NCBI GenBank assembly: GCA_963768655.1
Contig: CAVYIM010000006.1
Span: 224,001 to 288,000, forward strand
DNA from: an uncultured Chloroflexia bacterium
GTDB lineage: Bacteria; Chloroflexota; Limnocylindria; Limnocylindrales; CSP1-4
DNA length: 64,000 nucleotides
Direction: 5' to 3'
This document shows, piece by piece, positions 1 through 10,632 of the stretch. Under the pieces are notes generated by a model. The model saw nothing but the letters and a program-made list of their open reading frames with translations, was not told where the DNA came from and searched no databases. The position numbers and the translations under genes are program-made. The first letter of the stretch is position 1. Every line of letters starts with the position of its first letter.

Positions 1-1037
<1,037 letters not shown>

Positions 1038-1247
1038 GCGCCGAGAAGCGACCGGGGCGCCGGCCCCGGGAGTGGGCGGTTTCGGGTGACTGGAACCGGC
1101 CTGGAGAACCTTCCGCCGGGGAGCCTGCTACAGTCCTGGCGGCCGAAGCGGGTCGGCGGAGCCTTGCGCGGGCAGCGCAGGCAGCGCGGGCCGCGCTCCG
1201 GTGCCATTGCGCGGCGATGGCGAGACGCGGGATTGGAGAAGGTGAGA

Positions 1248-2693
1248 ATGGGCAGGAGCGGGTCGCGCCTGGCAACGCTGGCGGTCATCGCGGCTCTCGT
1301 GACGAGCGCGTGCGGCCATTCGCCCGTCCTGCCGACGCCGCTCCAGCCGGTTCCGACGGCCTCCCTGCCGGTGGCCTCGCCTGCCGGCGCGACGGTGGTG
1401 AGGTGGTTCGTGGGCCTGGGGCTGGGAAACGCCGTCAACCAGGTCACCGCCGAGGAAGAGTTCGTCAGGGCCTACGACGCCTCCCAGAGCAAGGTCTACA
1501 TCAGCCTCGAGATCGTGCCCGCGGACACGGCGTACGAGACGCTGCAGGCCGAGATCGCCAACAACAACGCGCCCGATATCGTCGGCCCCGTCGGTGTGGG
1601 CGACCTGAATGGGTTCGCCGGCGACTTCCTCGACCTCTCCGGCGAGATAAGCAAGAACGGCTATGACATGACTCGCTACCCGTCGGCCGTGATCGACTAC
1701 TTCAAGCAGGGCGCGGGGAGCCAGATCGGGATTCCCTATCTCATCGATCCGGGCTTCATCTTCTACAACAAGGACATCTTCGCCAAAGCAAACCTGCCGG
1801 ATCTGCCCACGAAGGTGGGTGAGCAATGGAACGGCCAGGACTGGACGTGGGACACGCTCGAGAGCATTGCCGTACAGCTCACGCACGACAACGCGGGCAG
1901 GAAACCCACGAACCCCGCCTTCGACGTCCCCAACATCGTCCAGTACGGTATCGATTTCCAGTGGGCCGACGCTCGGACGATGGCCTCCTGCTTCGCGTCG
2001 GGCTCTTTCCTCGGCACCGACGGCACGGCCATGATCCCGGACGGCTGGAAGGCGGCCTGGACGTGGTACTACAACGCCATGTGGCAGACCCACATCGCGC
2101 CGATCGCCAAGGTCGTCAATTCGGCCCTGATGGGCTACGGGTCTACCGTCGCTTCGGGCAATCTCGCCATGGCCGTCTCGTGGCCGTGGGCCACAACCAC
2201 GTACGGCGGCCCGGTGGACAGTGCCGGCAACTCGAGTCCCAAGTTCGCTCACTGGGACATCGCGGTCATGCCGTCGTACAACGGCCTGACTTCGTCGCCC
2301 ATGGACGGCAATACCTTCGTGATCCCCAAGGCCTCCGCCAATCCGGATGCCGCGTTCACGGCGATGGTCGCGATCATGGGCGACAAGAGCCTGCAGGCAG
2401 CGTACGGCGGCATGCCGGCTGCGACCGCTGACCAGCAGGGCTGGTTCACCCAACTCGACCAGTCGCTGGCGAAGATCTTCCCGGGCAACACCGTGTCGTG
2501 GTCCGTTCTCCAGGAGATGGAGAACTACCCCGCCATTCCGAGCCCGGAGGCCGACCTGCCCAACTTCCGGACGGTCAACAGCCTGACGGCCGCCTTCTAC
2601 TCGAAGATGCAGACCTCCGGCAGTCTGGACCTGCCCAGCGCGATGACGAGCCTTCAGGCCTCGATCCAGAGGGCATTCGCGCAGACTCCCTGA
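1248..2693 (+). CDS. Carbohydrate ABC transporter substrate-binding lipoprotein (family 1), no adjacent permeases
   Basis: Lipobox-like VTSAC after hydrophobic stretch; APDI, IFYNKDIFAKANLP and WTWD motifs; GGAGAAGG upstream of ATG 1248 (track ORF starts at 1086). Confidence 0.85.
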   Translation: MGRSGSRLATLAVIAALVTSACGHSPVLPTPLQPVPTASLPVASPAGATVVRWFVGLGLGNAVNQVTAEEEFVRAYDASQSKVYISLEIVPADTAYETLQAEIANNNAPDIVGPVGVGDLNGFAGDFLDLSGEISKNGYDMTRYPSAVIDYFKQGAGSQIGIPYLIDPGFIFYNKDIFAKANLPDLPTKVGEQWNGQDWTWDTLESIAVQLTHDNAGRKPTNPAFDVPNIVQYGIDFQWADARTMASCFASGSFLGTDGTAMIPDGWKAAWTWYYNAMWQTHIAPIAKVVNSALMGYGSTVASGNLAMAVSWPWATTTYGGPVDSAGNSSPKFAHWDIAVMPSYNGLTSSPMDGNTFVIPKASANPDAAFTAMVAIMGDKSLQAAYGGMPAATADQQGWFTQLDQSLAKIFPGNTVSWSVLQEMENYPAIPSPEADLPNFRTVNSLTAAFYSKMQTSGSLDLPSAMTSLQASIQRAFAQTP

Positions 2694-2802
2694 CGGCCGG
2701 TTGCCAGCCGGGCTCGACTGATAGCGTCCCGCGGTCGGGGCTCCGATCCGGGACAGGCCGCTTGAACGGGAACGGCACGCCGCCACCCGTTAGGATGGAC
2801 TC

Positions 2803-3234
2803 ATGCCCCAGATCGAGTACGCCTTTCTCGCCGATGCGGCCGAAGTTCAGCCAGGCCAGAAGTTCCACGTGCTCGGCGGGGGGGTCACGCGCCTGAGCGG
2901 ACCGACCCTGCCGTTCCAACACCCGCATCTCGCCCTCGTGGTGGGTTTGCGGCTGAGCGCCAGCGAGCGGAACCGCGAGCACAACCTGGAATTCATACTC
3001 GCCGCACCCGACGGCACCAAGGTCGCCAGCTCATCGGGGAACGTCGTGGCTCGCGGCCCGCAGGACCCCAACGACATCATCCTCACTCTGGCCATCGACC
3101 TGTGGAACCTGAACATGACCACGCAGGGCGAGTATTCGGTCAGGATCATGATCGGCGGGACGGAGCGAAAGCGGCTGGCGCTGGTGGTCAGCCAATCCCG
3201 CGAGCCCGTGCCGGAGCAGCGGTATCTGGCGTGA
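2803..3234 (+). CDS. DUF6941-like small beta-sandwich protein
   Basis: AFLADAA..GKFHVLGGG..GEYSVRI pattern; TAGGAT -10 six nt upstream of ATG. Confidence 0.7.
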   Translation: MPQIEYAFLADAAEVQPGQKFHVLGGGVTRLSGPTLPFQHPHLALVVGLRLSASERNREHNLEFILAAPDGTKVASSSGNVVARGPQDPNDIILTLAIDLWNLNMTTQGEYSVRIMIGGTERKRLALVVSQSREPVPEQRYLA

Positions 3235-3557
3235 CGACCGCGGACCGCGGTCCCGCGCGCCACGAGCGTCCGGCGATCGACGAAGCGGCCCTGGCCGCGG
3301 CTCGGACCGCGGATCGCCTGCTCGAGGCAGCCCAAGCGCGCAACTCCGCACGGTGGGAGGAGTTCCTGGCGCCGCTGCCCGGGCAACTCCGGGACGGTCG
3401 GATCGCCGACCTGCGCCGGATCGTGATGCGGGCCCGAGCAGCATACGGGCCGAAGGATTCGATTCGCGAGGCGCTCCCGGCCGACTTGACGGAGCCATTC
3501 CTGGCTGATCTGGATCGGCTCCTCAAGGTCCTGGCTCGCGAGGCCATGGAGCGCTGA
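3231..3557 (+). CDS. Hypothetical helical protein (108 aa), translationally coupled to upstream gene
   Basis: GTGA start/stop overlap at 3231-3234; protein-like composition. Confidence 0.65.
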   Translation: MTTADRGPARHERPAIDEAALAAARTADRLLEAAQARNSARWEEFLAPLPGQLRDGRIADLRRIVMRARAAYGPKDSIREALPADLTEPFLADLDRLLKVLAREAMER

Positions 3558-3625
3558 ACGGCGCGTATGCTCTGTCGGCCGGAACCGGGCGGACGGCGCA
3601 GTCGATCGATAGCTGGAGGTCGGCC

Positions 3626-5302
3626 TTGAGCACGTGGCAGGTGAGCGGAGGGGATCGGCCCCCGATGCCGCTGCCGGTCGGGCTCCGCGTCGCCGGCCTT
3701 GGCGCTCGGCTTGGCGCGTGGCTGCTCGACCTCCTGCTCTTCGGACTCTTGAGTCTGATTCCGCTGGTTCTCGCCATCGCGACCGGCGCCGTCGGTCTCA
3801 ATCCGGAGGCGGCCCGGCAGCTGAGCGTCAACCCGTATGCGGAGCCGACTGTCCCGGTCCTCACGGTCAACGCGGCGGAGTTGATCGCGTGGTGCGCGGC
3901 CTGGGTGGTTCTGGCGATCGCCTACACGGCGGTCTGCTGGGCCTTCTTCCGGGGTCTGCCCGGTCAGCGGCTCCTCTCTTTGCAGGTTGCCGATGCCGCC
4001 ACCGGTAGGAATCTCTCGCCGCTGGCGGCAACATGGCGCGCGGTGCTCGTGAGCGGCATCCCGGCGGCCGCCACGGCGGTACTGCTGGTCGCCACATGCG
4101 AGATGCTGGCCACGCTCATCCCGGCCAATGTCGGTGGCGCCGGTGAAACCAGCTACGTGGATGCGGCCTACAACAACGCCGGGGGCGACCTGCTTTCGCT
4201 GTGCAGCCTGGCGAGCTGGGGCTGGCCGCTGCTTCTCCTGATCAGTACGGCGGCCAGCCGCGACAGGCGAGGCCTGCACGACAAGCTCGGCCGTTCTGTC
4301 GTCGTGGGTCGGGCGATGGCGTTCGGCGCCTGGGGCGAGCCGTACGGCCAGGCTCCTGCCGGCCCGTATGCCTATCCATACAGTCGCGGCCCGGTCTACC
4401 CTCCCGGCGCGGCTTCCGGCCCCGGGCCTCAATCCGGCCTCGGCCCGGGCTACGCCCCCTGGCCGATCTATCCGTACGGCCCGCCGCCGGGTGCCCCCGG
4501 TCAGCCGCAGGCGCCTTCCGCCGCGCATCCCTGGCCGCCTGTCAGTGAGACCGACCCAGCACGGGACGCGACGACGCCGCAGTCGGCCGAGCCCCTGGCG
4601 GATCTCCCGTTCGGGGGCGCATCTGACGAGGCCGGTCCGTCGGGCGGCCCGGCCGGACCCACTCAGGCGGGACAGTGGCCACCCCCTGTGTGGCCGGGTC
4701 TGGTTCCGCCCGGCGGCGAGCTGCCGGCGGGGGCTGAGCCGGCGGCGGTCGGTGATGACGAGCCCGCGGAGCGGAAACCGGTCGCCCGCGACGGGCAGGT
4801 CTTCGGGGCGAAGCTGCCGGTGGGTTTGCGTTTGGCGAGCTTCAACCGTCGTCTGGTGGCCTACGTTCTCGATAGTGTCATAGCCCTGATGATCCTCGGC
4901 GCGATCGCGGTGGCCCTGGAGGGGAACTCGGACCCGAGTGGACCGCCGCCGCCGGAGCGCATGGCGATGCTCGCCGGTTTGATAGGCGGGCTCGTTCAGG
5001 CCATCTACTTCGTCGCCGCCTGGTCGATCTGGCGCGGCTCGATCGGCCAGAAGGCGCTCGGACTGCAGGTCGGTGAGGAGTCGACCGGCAAGCGGCTGAG
5101 CCCGGCCGACTCACTCGTTCGGTGGGCCCTGCTCCAGGGCCCGCTGGTGCTGTACCTGGCCGTCCCGTACTTGCTGAGGCCGGCGCTGGGGATTCTTGCC
5201 GTAGGCTGGGCGTGGCTGCTTACCTACAGCGTTCGCAAGGATCCCGACCGCCGTGGCTACCAGGACCGCATCGCGCACAGCCTGGTAGTCCAGCAGGCGT
5301 GA
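3626..5302 (+). CDS. Tandem double RDD-domain membrane protein with Pro/Gly-rich linker
   Basis: Two R..A..D starts (ARLGAWLLD, RRLVAYVLD), two GQ..L.LQV motifs, ends RGLHDKL and RGYQDRIA; GGAGG SD. Confidence 0.85.
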   Translation: MSTWQVSGGDRPPMPLPVGLRVAGLGARLGAWLLDLLLFGLLSLIPLVLAIATGAVGLNPEAARQLSVNPYAEPTVPVLTVNAAELIAWCAAWVVLAIAYTAVCWAFFRGLPGQRLLSLQVADAATGRNLSPLAATWRAVLVSGIPAAATAVLLVATCEMLATLIPANVGGAGETSYVDAAYNNAGGDLLSLCSLASWGWPLLLLISTAASRDRRGLHDKLGRSVVVGRAMAFGAWGEPYGQAPAGPYAYPYSRGPVYPPGAASGPGPQSGLGPGYAPWPIYPYGPPPGAPGQPQAPSAAHPWPPVSETDPARDATTPQSAEPLADLPFGGASDEAGPSGGPAGPTQAGQWPPPVWPGLVPPGGELPAGAEPAAVGDDEPAERKPVARDGQVFGAKLPVGLRLASFNRRLVAYVLDSVIALMILGAIAVALEGNSDPSGPPPPERMAMLAGLIGGLVQAIYFVAAWSIWRGSIGQKALGLQVGEESTGKRLSPADSLVRWALLQGPLVLYLAVPYLLRPALGILAVGWAWLLTYSVRKDPDRRGYQDRIAHSLVVQQA

Positions 5303-5348
5303 GGTGGGTCGGAGCCGGCCGGCGGGCGGCCCGGCGGGGCCACCGGAG

Positions 5349-7115
5349 TTACTCAGGATCGCGCTCTACGCCCAACTCCCGTTCGTTGAACGCCTCCAGC
5401 AGGAAAGAAGACGGCGAGGCAGGATCGTAGACCAAGGTCAGCGATCGGCGCGCCCGAGTCCAAGCGACATAGGCCAGGCGGCGCTCCTCCTCGAGCGCGC
5501 GTCGCGGCTCCGTCGACTCCCGAAGCGAGCGGGCCGACGGGAAGCGGCCGGCATCCATGCCGATGACCGCGACGTGGTCGAACTCGAGCCCTTTGGTGGA
5601 GTGGGCCGTAGCGAGCGTGAGCTGAGCGTCATCGCGCCGCAGCTCCGCGACGCGGGCGCGGTGGCGCTCGACGGCTTGCGCGAGGTCCGCCAGGGAGTGG
5701 TATGGCGCCGCCCAGCCGACGATGGCCGCCAGCAGATCGCCCATCTCGATGGGGAGTGGCTCGTCGAGATCCCTGGCGTCGGGGTCCGCCGTCGAGAGCG
5801 GCTGCGCCTCGGGCAGTTCGATCCCGCGCCTCGCCAGCGCCGCCAGCCGCGGCAGGGGCGGGAGTGGCGGAACGTCCGGCGGGCCGCCATCGGAGCCTCG
5901 TCCGCAATACGCCGCCGCCGCGCCGCCATGCGTGCCGCCTCCCGGGCCGCCCCCTGCGCCCGCGTCGCCGGCTGCCCGCAGGATCGCGTCGACCCGGCGA
6001 TCCTCGGTGAGCAGCCGCAGCCTGGGGGCTCGGAACGGCAGGCCCATCTCGACCGCGATTGCGGCGGCCGGCAGCAGCTCGACGTTGGTTCGAGCCAGGA
6101 TCGCCCGCGTCCCGCCATCGTCGGGCCAGCTGGCGATCACCCGGCGGATCCTGACGGTCTCGTCCGAGCCATCGGGAGCGAGGATCAAGCGGCCCGCCGC
6201 GATCGGTCCAGGCCGGATCGTCTTGACGAACCGCTCCTCGTTGCGTTCGACCAGGCGGAGCGCCCGATCTACGACGGCCGGCGGGCAGCGGTAGTTGACC
6301 GTCAGGTCTATGCGCCTCAACCCCGGCAGCGACTCGGCTAGGGCCAACACTCTCCGAACGTCGGCGAGTCGCCAGCCGTAGATCGTCTGGTCGTCGTCGC
6401 CGACCAGGAAGATTCGGTTCGCGGGCGCCGCGATCAGCAGCGCCAGGCGAAGCTGGCTGCGGTCGACATCCTGGGTCTCGTCGACCAGGAGGTCGTGACA
6501 GCGCTCGCGCCAGCGGGCGAGCAGGCGCGGCCGAGCTTCGAGAAGCCGAAGCGAGCGGGCGACCAGGTCGTCGAAGTCGAGCCCTCCGGCGTCGGCGAGC
6601 GCGCGCTCGTACGCCAGGAAGGCGCGGGCGACCGGGCCGGGCTCGGGATCTTCGCCGACCTCCGCGGCCGTCACGCCGATGTCGAGCTTGAGTCGGCTGA
6701 AGGCGTCGTCGAGGTGGCGCACGGCCCCCGGCGTGATGTCGGGCCACATGTCGCGCAGCACCGCCTCGCGGGCGAGCAACGGCTCCACCGACACGCCGCC
6801 GTCGGCGAGGATCTCGCGGCCGAGGGCGTGGAACGTCTTGACGCGGACGCTGCCCGGAGCCAGGCCGAGCGGTTCCAGCGCCGCATCGACGCGGCTCGCC
6901 ATCTCGCCGGCGGCGCGCTTGTTGAACGTGACCGCGGTGATTTCCGCCGGATCGGCGCCGCTCGCCACCAGCCACGCGATCCGCGCGACCAGGGTCGTCG
7001 TCTTGCCACTCCCCGCCGGCGCGACGCACAACACCGGACCCGGCGGCGCCGTGGCCGCCTCGCGCTGGTCTGGCGCCAGGCGGTCGAGTCGTTCGGCGAC
7101 GGAGGAGGGAAGCAC
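5349..7115 (-). CDS. UvrD/Rep/PcrA-family SF1 helicase, short form
   Basis: APAGSGKTT, VTFNKRAA, DETQD, VGDDDQTIYGWR, NYRC, TAHSTKGLEFD, EERRLAYVAWTRAR. Confidence 0.93.
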   Translation of the reverse strand: MLPSSVAERLDRLAPDQREAATAPPGPVLCVAPAGSGKTTTLVARIAWLVASGADPAEITAVTFNKRAAGEMASRVDAALEPLGLAPGSVRVKTFHALGREILADGGVSVEPLLAREAVLRDMWPDITPGAVRHLDDAFSRLKLDIGVTAAEVGEDPEPGPVARAFLAYERALADAGGLDFDDLVARSLRLLEARPRLLARWRERCHDLLVDETQDVDRSQLRLALLIAAPANRIFLVGDDDQTIYGWRLADVRRVLALAESLPGLRRIDLTVNYRCPPAVVDRALRLVERNEERFVKTIRPGPIAAGRLILAPDGSDETVRIRRVIASWPDDGGTRAILARTNVELLPAAAIAVEMGLPFRAPRLRLLTEDRRVDAILRAAGDAGAGGGPGGGTHGGAAAAYCGRGSDGGPPDVPPLPPLPRLAALARRGIELPEAQPLSTADPDARDLDEPLPIEMGDLLAAIVGWAAPYHSLADLAQAVERHRARVAELRRDDAQLTLATAHSTKGLEFDHVAVIGMDAGRFPSARSLRESTEPRRALEEERRLAYVAWTRARRSLTLVYDPASPSSFLLEAFNERELGVERDPE

Positions 7116-7253
7116 GGGCGGAGGATCGCAGGCGCCGATCTACGGGCACTTATCGAGATTCGGCCGCTTGACCCGGGCCCGGACGGGAATCCGCCCGCCG
7201 GGTACAGTGCAGGTATTGGGCGTCCCCGCCGCCGGATTGAGTGGAGTGATGCA

Positions 7254-7574
7254 GTGAAGATCTACAACAAGCTGGTTCGGGATCTCGTGCCGGGGATCTT
7301 GCGCGCGGGCGGCCGCAAGGTTGTCACGCGGACGCTGGTGGGAAAGCCGGCGCTCGAGGCCCTCCGGGCGAAGTTCGACGAAGAGGCCGCGGAGTACGAC
7401 GCGGCCCTCGACGACGAGCAGGCCGCGATCGAGCTGGCCGACCTGCTCGAGGTGATCATGGCCATCGCCAAACGGCGCGGATTGAGCGAGGCCGCGATTC
7501 AGCAGATACGGGCGGCCAAGGCAGCCCAGCGGGGCACGTACGACCTGGGGGTCTTCCTGGTCTCGGCCGAGTAG
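7254..7574 (+). CDS. MazG-like / PRA-PH-fold nucleoside triphosphate pyrophosphohydrolase
   Basis: YNKLVRD, K..EE..EY, ELADLLEV and K...RG motifs; GGAG SD; TACAGT -10 at about 7203. Confidence 0.85.
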   Translation: MKIYNKLVRDLVPGILRAGGRKVVTRTLVGKPALEALRAKFDEEAAEYDAALDDEQAAIELADLLEVIMAIAKRRGLSEAAIQQIRAAKAAQRGTYDLGVFLVSAE

Positions 7575-7690
7575 CCGGGCGCCGGCCAGCCCGTTCGCCG
7601 GGCCCGAATCATGCCGCCTCTCCGTCGCTATCCTCTGGATGACGCCCAGGCGCGTGGACAGGAGCAGCATCGGGCGGAGAGGAGGAGCTG

Positions 7691-8188
7691 ATGCTCGAGT
7701 TCGTGCTTGTGTACCTGCTTGCCAGACACAACGGCGGCATTGTCGAGTCGAAGGGCCAGAGCGGGACGACGTACAAATGGCTCACGGCCGGCCTCTGGTT
7801 CGGCTGGGAGATCTTCGGGGCCATCGTCGGAGAGATGATCGTCGGCCGCAACGCGAACCCGCTCGAGGTGTATCCCTTCGCGGTACTCGGAGCCGTCATT
7901 GGGGCGGTGATCGCGTGGGTGCTCGCCAAACAGGTCCCGGTGAATCCCATTCGACTGTGGCACCCGACGCATCTGACCCCGCCAATGGGGCTGGCCGCCT
8001 GGGCGCAGCCGGATGCGGCCTACCCGCCGGCTCTCGTGATACCGGGCAACGTCGAGCTGGTGGTCGAGCGTCGAGCCGGGGGGTGGGCGCAGGTGCGGGC
8101 CTTCAACGGCTGGCGCGGGTTCGTCGACGACCGTGCCCTCATCTGGAAGGTCAGCGGCTCCGTGTGGGTGGAACAGCCTCAGTCCTAG
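7691..8188 (+). CDS. Membrane protein with C-terminal SH3-like domain
   Basis: GGAGGAG SD; 2-3 hydrophobic helices; C-terminal WHPTH..WAQVRAFNGWRGFVD resembles bacterial SH3b. Confidence 0.7.
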   Translation: MLEFVLVYLLARHNGGIVESKGQSGTTYKWLTAGLWFGWEIFGAIVGEMIVGRNANPLEVYPFAVLGAVIGAVIAWVLAKQVPVNPIRLWHPTHLTPPMGLAAWAQPDAAYPPALVIPGNVELVVERRAGGWAQVRAFNGWRGFVDDRALIWKVSGSVWVEQPQS

Positions 8189-8200
8189 GTCGCCGGGAGT

Positions 8201-8228
8201 CCGCCCGGCCCGGGCCCGGGCCGGGCGG
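8201..8228. terminator. Perfect 28-bp GC palindrome between convergent genes (probable bidirectional terminator or hairpin)
   Basis: CCGCCCGGCCCGGG|CCCGGGCCGGGCGG is its own reverse complement; no U-tract. Confidence 0.5.
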
Positions 8229-8234
8229 CCGTCC

Positions 8235-10514
8235 TCAGTTCCGGGCGAAGATCGTGGCCTGGGAGTTCGACCAGATCTGGTGGTAGCCGGCCGCCGTGAT
8301 CGCGTCGGCCAGGCCGGAATTGAGGCCGGCCGGTTCGAGCACGACGTAGCCGTAGTCGGAGGCCAGCTCGGTCGGGAGCTGATCGAAGCCGAGCAGCCGG
8401 CCTCCTACGGTGTGGATGCTGAGCTCCGGCTGGAGCGAGATCGACGTCTCCATGGCGCCCGTGAACACCCCGATCGGAACCGAGGACCACTGCTGGAAGC
8501 TCGAGGCGATGTGGAGCACCCGCGTGGACGGCCCCAGACGTCCGGCGCTGATCTCGGCCCGCAGTTCGTCGATGACTTCCTGCTCGGCGTGATCGACGAT
8601 CAGGCGAGGATCCGGGTAGCCGTCCCAGTAGCCGTATTGCGCCTCGCGCAGCGCCAGGCCCAACGACTCGGCGCCGCGGTGCTCGCCGATCTGGACGTTG
8701 GTGATCAAAGGGCCGGGATACGTGTACATCGTGTCGAAGAGCAGGGCTGCGAGGGCGATCGCGGGCAGCGGGCCGAGGCTGCGCAGCCGCAGGACCGCCG
8801 CGATGCCGCCGGCGCCGCCGAGGGCGAGCATGACCGGCAGCCAGTACTCGATCGTCTTCGGCACTTCGTAGTGCACGGCCTGCTGCGTCAGCGTGTCGTA
8901 GCCAACGAAGCCCGAGGCTGCCCAGGCCGCCGCTCCGGCGGCGACGCCGCACCCAAGCACCATCCAGCCCGGGACCGCGCGCGCCAGCCCGAGCACCAGG
9001 CCGATGCTCGTCACCATGAGCAGTCGCGGGAAGAGGTTGTAGATCTCCGACCACGGGTCGTCGGGCGGCGCGATGTGCTGGCGCGCGAGGATGAAACAGG
9101 CCCAGATCGTGAGCGCAAGAAGCGCCAACTTTATCCATCGCGGCGTCGAGAGCCACTCCGAGAGCCGCACGGAAGATGGAATCCTGGGACGAACCGCAGA
9201 GACGAGCCAGGCCAGCACGAAGGCGATGAGCAGCCCGGCGACGATGCACAGGAAGCCGGTCCATGACGGCGCATCGATGCCGAGCATGGTCAGCCCCTGG
9301 GGGATGGCGATGAGGGCCGCGGCGCCGAGGGCGGGAACGAGAAGCGGCCCGAGACGCCGGGGCTCGAGCAGCAGCATCCCAACGGCGGCCGTCGCCGCGA
9401 CGATTCCGACGAGCGGGTGGACGAGGATCGCGCCACCCAGTGCCAATGCGAGCGGGAAATCCGGCTGCCGGTAGTCGCCCGTCACGTTCGACACGGCCGC
9501 CGGCCCGGCCTTCGACCGCGCCGCATGGAGTTCGCGGGCGATCACGGCCAGGGCGTATGCCGCGAGCGGGAAGGCAGCTACGGTCCCGCGGGTGTCCGCC
9601 AGCCGCATGAACGTGAAGGTGAGCGGGAAGGTCAGAAGGACCCAGAAGCCCGCGCTCGCCCCGAACAGGTGCGAAGCCAGCTGGCGCATCGAGATCGCCA
9701 CGAGGATCGTCAGCGGGAGGGCGAAGGCGGCGACGGCCAGGATCGCCTCCAGGTTCGCGATGGTCGTCAGGTCTCCCAGCAGGCCGACGTAGCCGAGCAT
9801 CAAGCGGGATGGGCCGTAGATCGGGGAGGGCGACGTGGTCAGGGTGGCGAAGCTGCCGAAGACCCGGACGTGCTCCACCGGCGCCACGTGGTTCGGGAGG
9901 ACGTCCATGAACGGGGCCGCCGGCGAGGTCAGCTGGATGATGATCGGCCCGGCCCAGACCAGGCCGATGAGGAGCCACCACGCGGCAGGGCGTCGGGCAC
10001 GCACTCGCGGCGTGATGGCCATGAGCGGCCGCGACCTGCGCGTGGCCGCGTACGCGGCCAGGGCCGCGAGATGAAGCGCCAGCAGCTCAGGCCAGCCGAA
10101 CAGGCCGAAGCTCCCCAGCAGGAAGAGAGCCGCGGTATCGAGCACGACGGCGGCGACGAACCCGGCCATGACCAGGTCGGAAAGCGACCGGAAGGCGGTT
10201 GTGCCCAGGAGTCGCAGCACGATCGCGCCGGCCAGCACGTTGGCGGCCGTGGCCAGGGCAACGAGCACGGCCGCTGAGAACGTGTATGGGATCTGGGATA
10301 GCACGCCGTCGAGGGCGCCTCCCCAGCTGAAGCCCCAGTCCGGCGAGCCGCTCACCTGGCCCAGCCCGAGGGCCAGCACCGCCACGCCGAACAGGAGGGC
10401 GACGCTGATGGACTGCACGTCCTGGTTGCGGCCGATGAGTCGCTCCAGTAGACGTCCGATCTCGAATGATGGACGCGCCGCGGGAGCCGGCCTGGTGTCG
10501 TGGGGATCTGTCAC
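8235..10514 (-). CDS. Polytopic membrane protein, probable GT-C fold glycosyltransferase
   Basis: More than 12 hydrophobic segments; D..NH in a loop after the N-terminal helices; soluble C-terminal domain ending DYGYVVL..IWSNSQATIF; GTG 10514 follows TGcAAGAAT -10. Confidence 0.6.
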   Translation of the reverse strand: MTDPHDTRPAPAARPSFEIGRLLERLIGRNQDVQSISVALLFGVAVLALGLGQVSGSPDWGFSWGGALDGVLSQIPYTFSAAVLVALATAANVLAGAIVLRLLGTTAFRSLSDLVMAGFVAAVVLDTAALFLLGSFGLFGWPELLALHLAALAAYAATRRSRPLMAITPRVRARRPAAWWLLIGLVWAGPIIIQLTSPAAPFMDVLPNHVAPVEHVRVFGSFATLTTSPSPIYGPSRLMLGYVGLLGDLTTIANLEAILAVAAFALPLTILVAISMRQLASHLFGASAGFWVLLTFPLTFTFMRLADTRGTVAAFPLAAYALAVIARELHAARSKAGPAAVSNVTGDYRQPDFPLALALGGAILVHPLVGIVAATAAVGMLLLEPRRLGPLLVPALGAAALIAIPQGLTMLGIDAPSWTGFLCIVAGLLIAFVLAWLVSAVRPRIPSSVRLSEWLSTPRWIKLALLALTIWACFILARQHIAPPDDPWSEIYNLFPRLLMVTSIGLVLGLARAVPGWMVLGCGVAAGAAAWAASGFVGYDTLTQQAVHYEVPKTIEYWLPVMLALGGAGGIAAVLRLRSLGPLPAIALAALLFDTMYTYPGPLITNVQIGEHRGAESLGLALREAQYGYWDGYPDPRLIVDHAEQEVIDELRAEISAGRLGPSTRVLHIASSFQQWSSVPIGVFTGAMETSISLQPELSIHTVGGRLLGFDQLPTELASDYGYVVLEPAGLNSGLADAITAAGYHQIWSNSQATIFARN

Positions 10515-10632
10515 GCCGGGGATTCTTGCACAGCCCGGCCGGCGCTCGTCGCTCACCCGGGCTGGGATCGCGGCGCGTGATTTAGGGTCGGCCCCGACGC
10601 GGCGCAGCGGCCCGATCACTACCATGCCTCGT

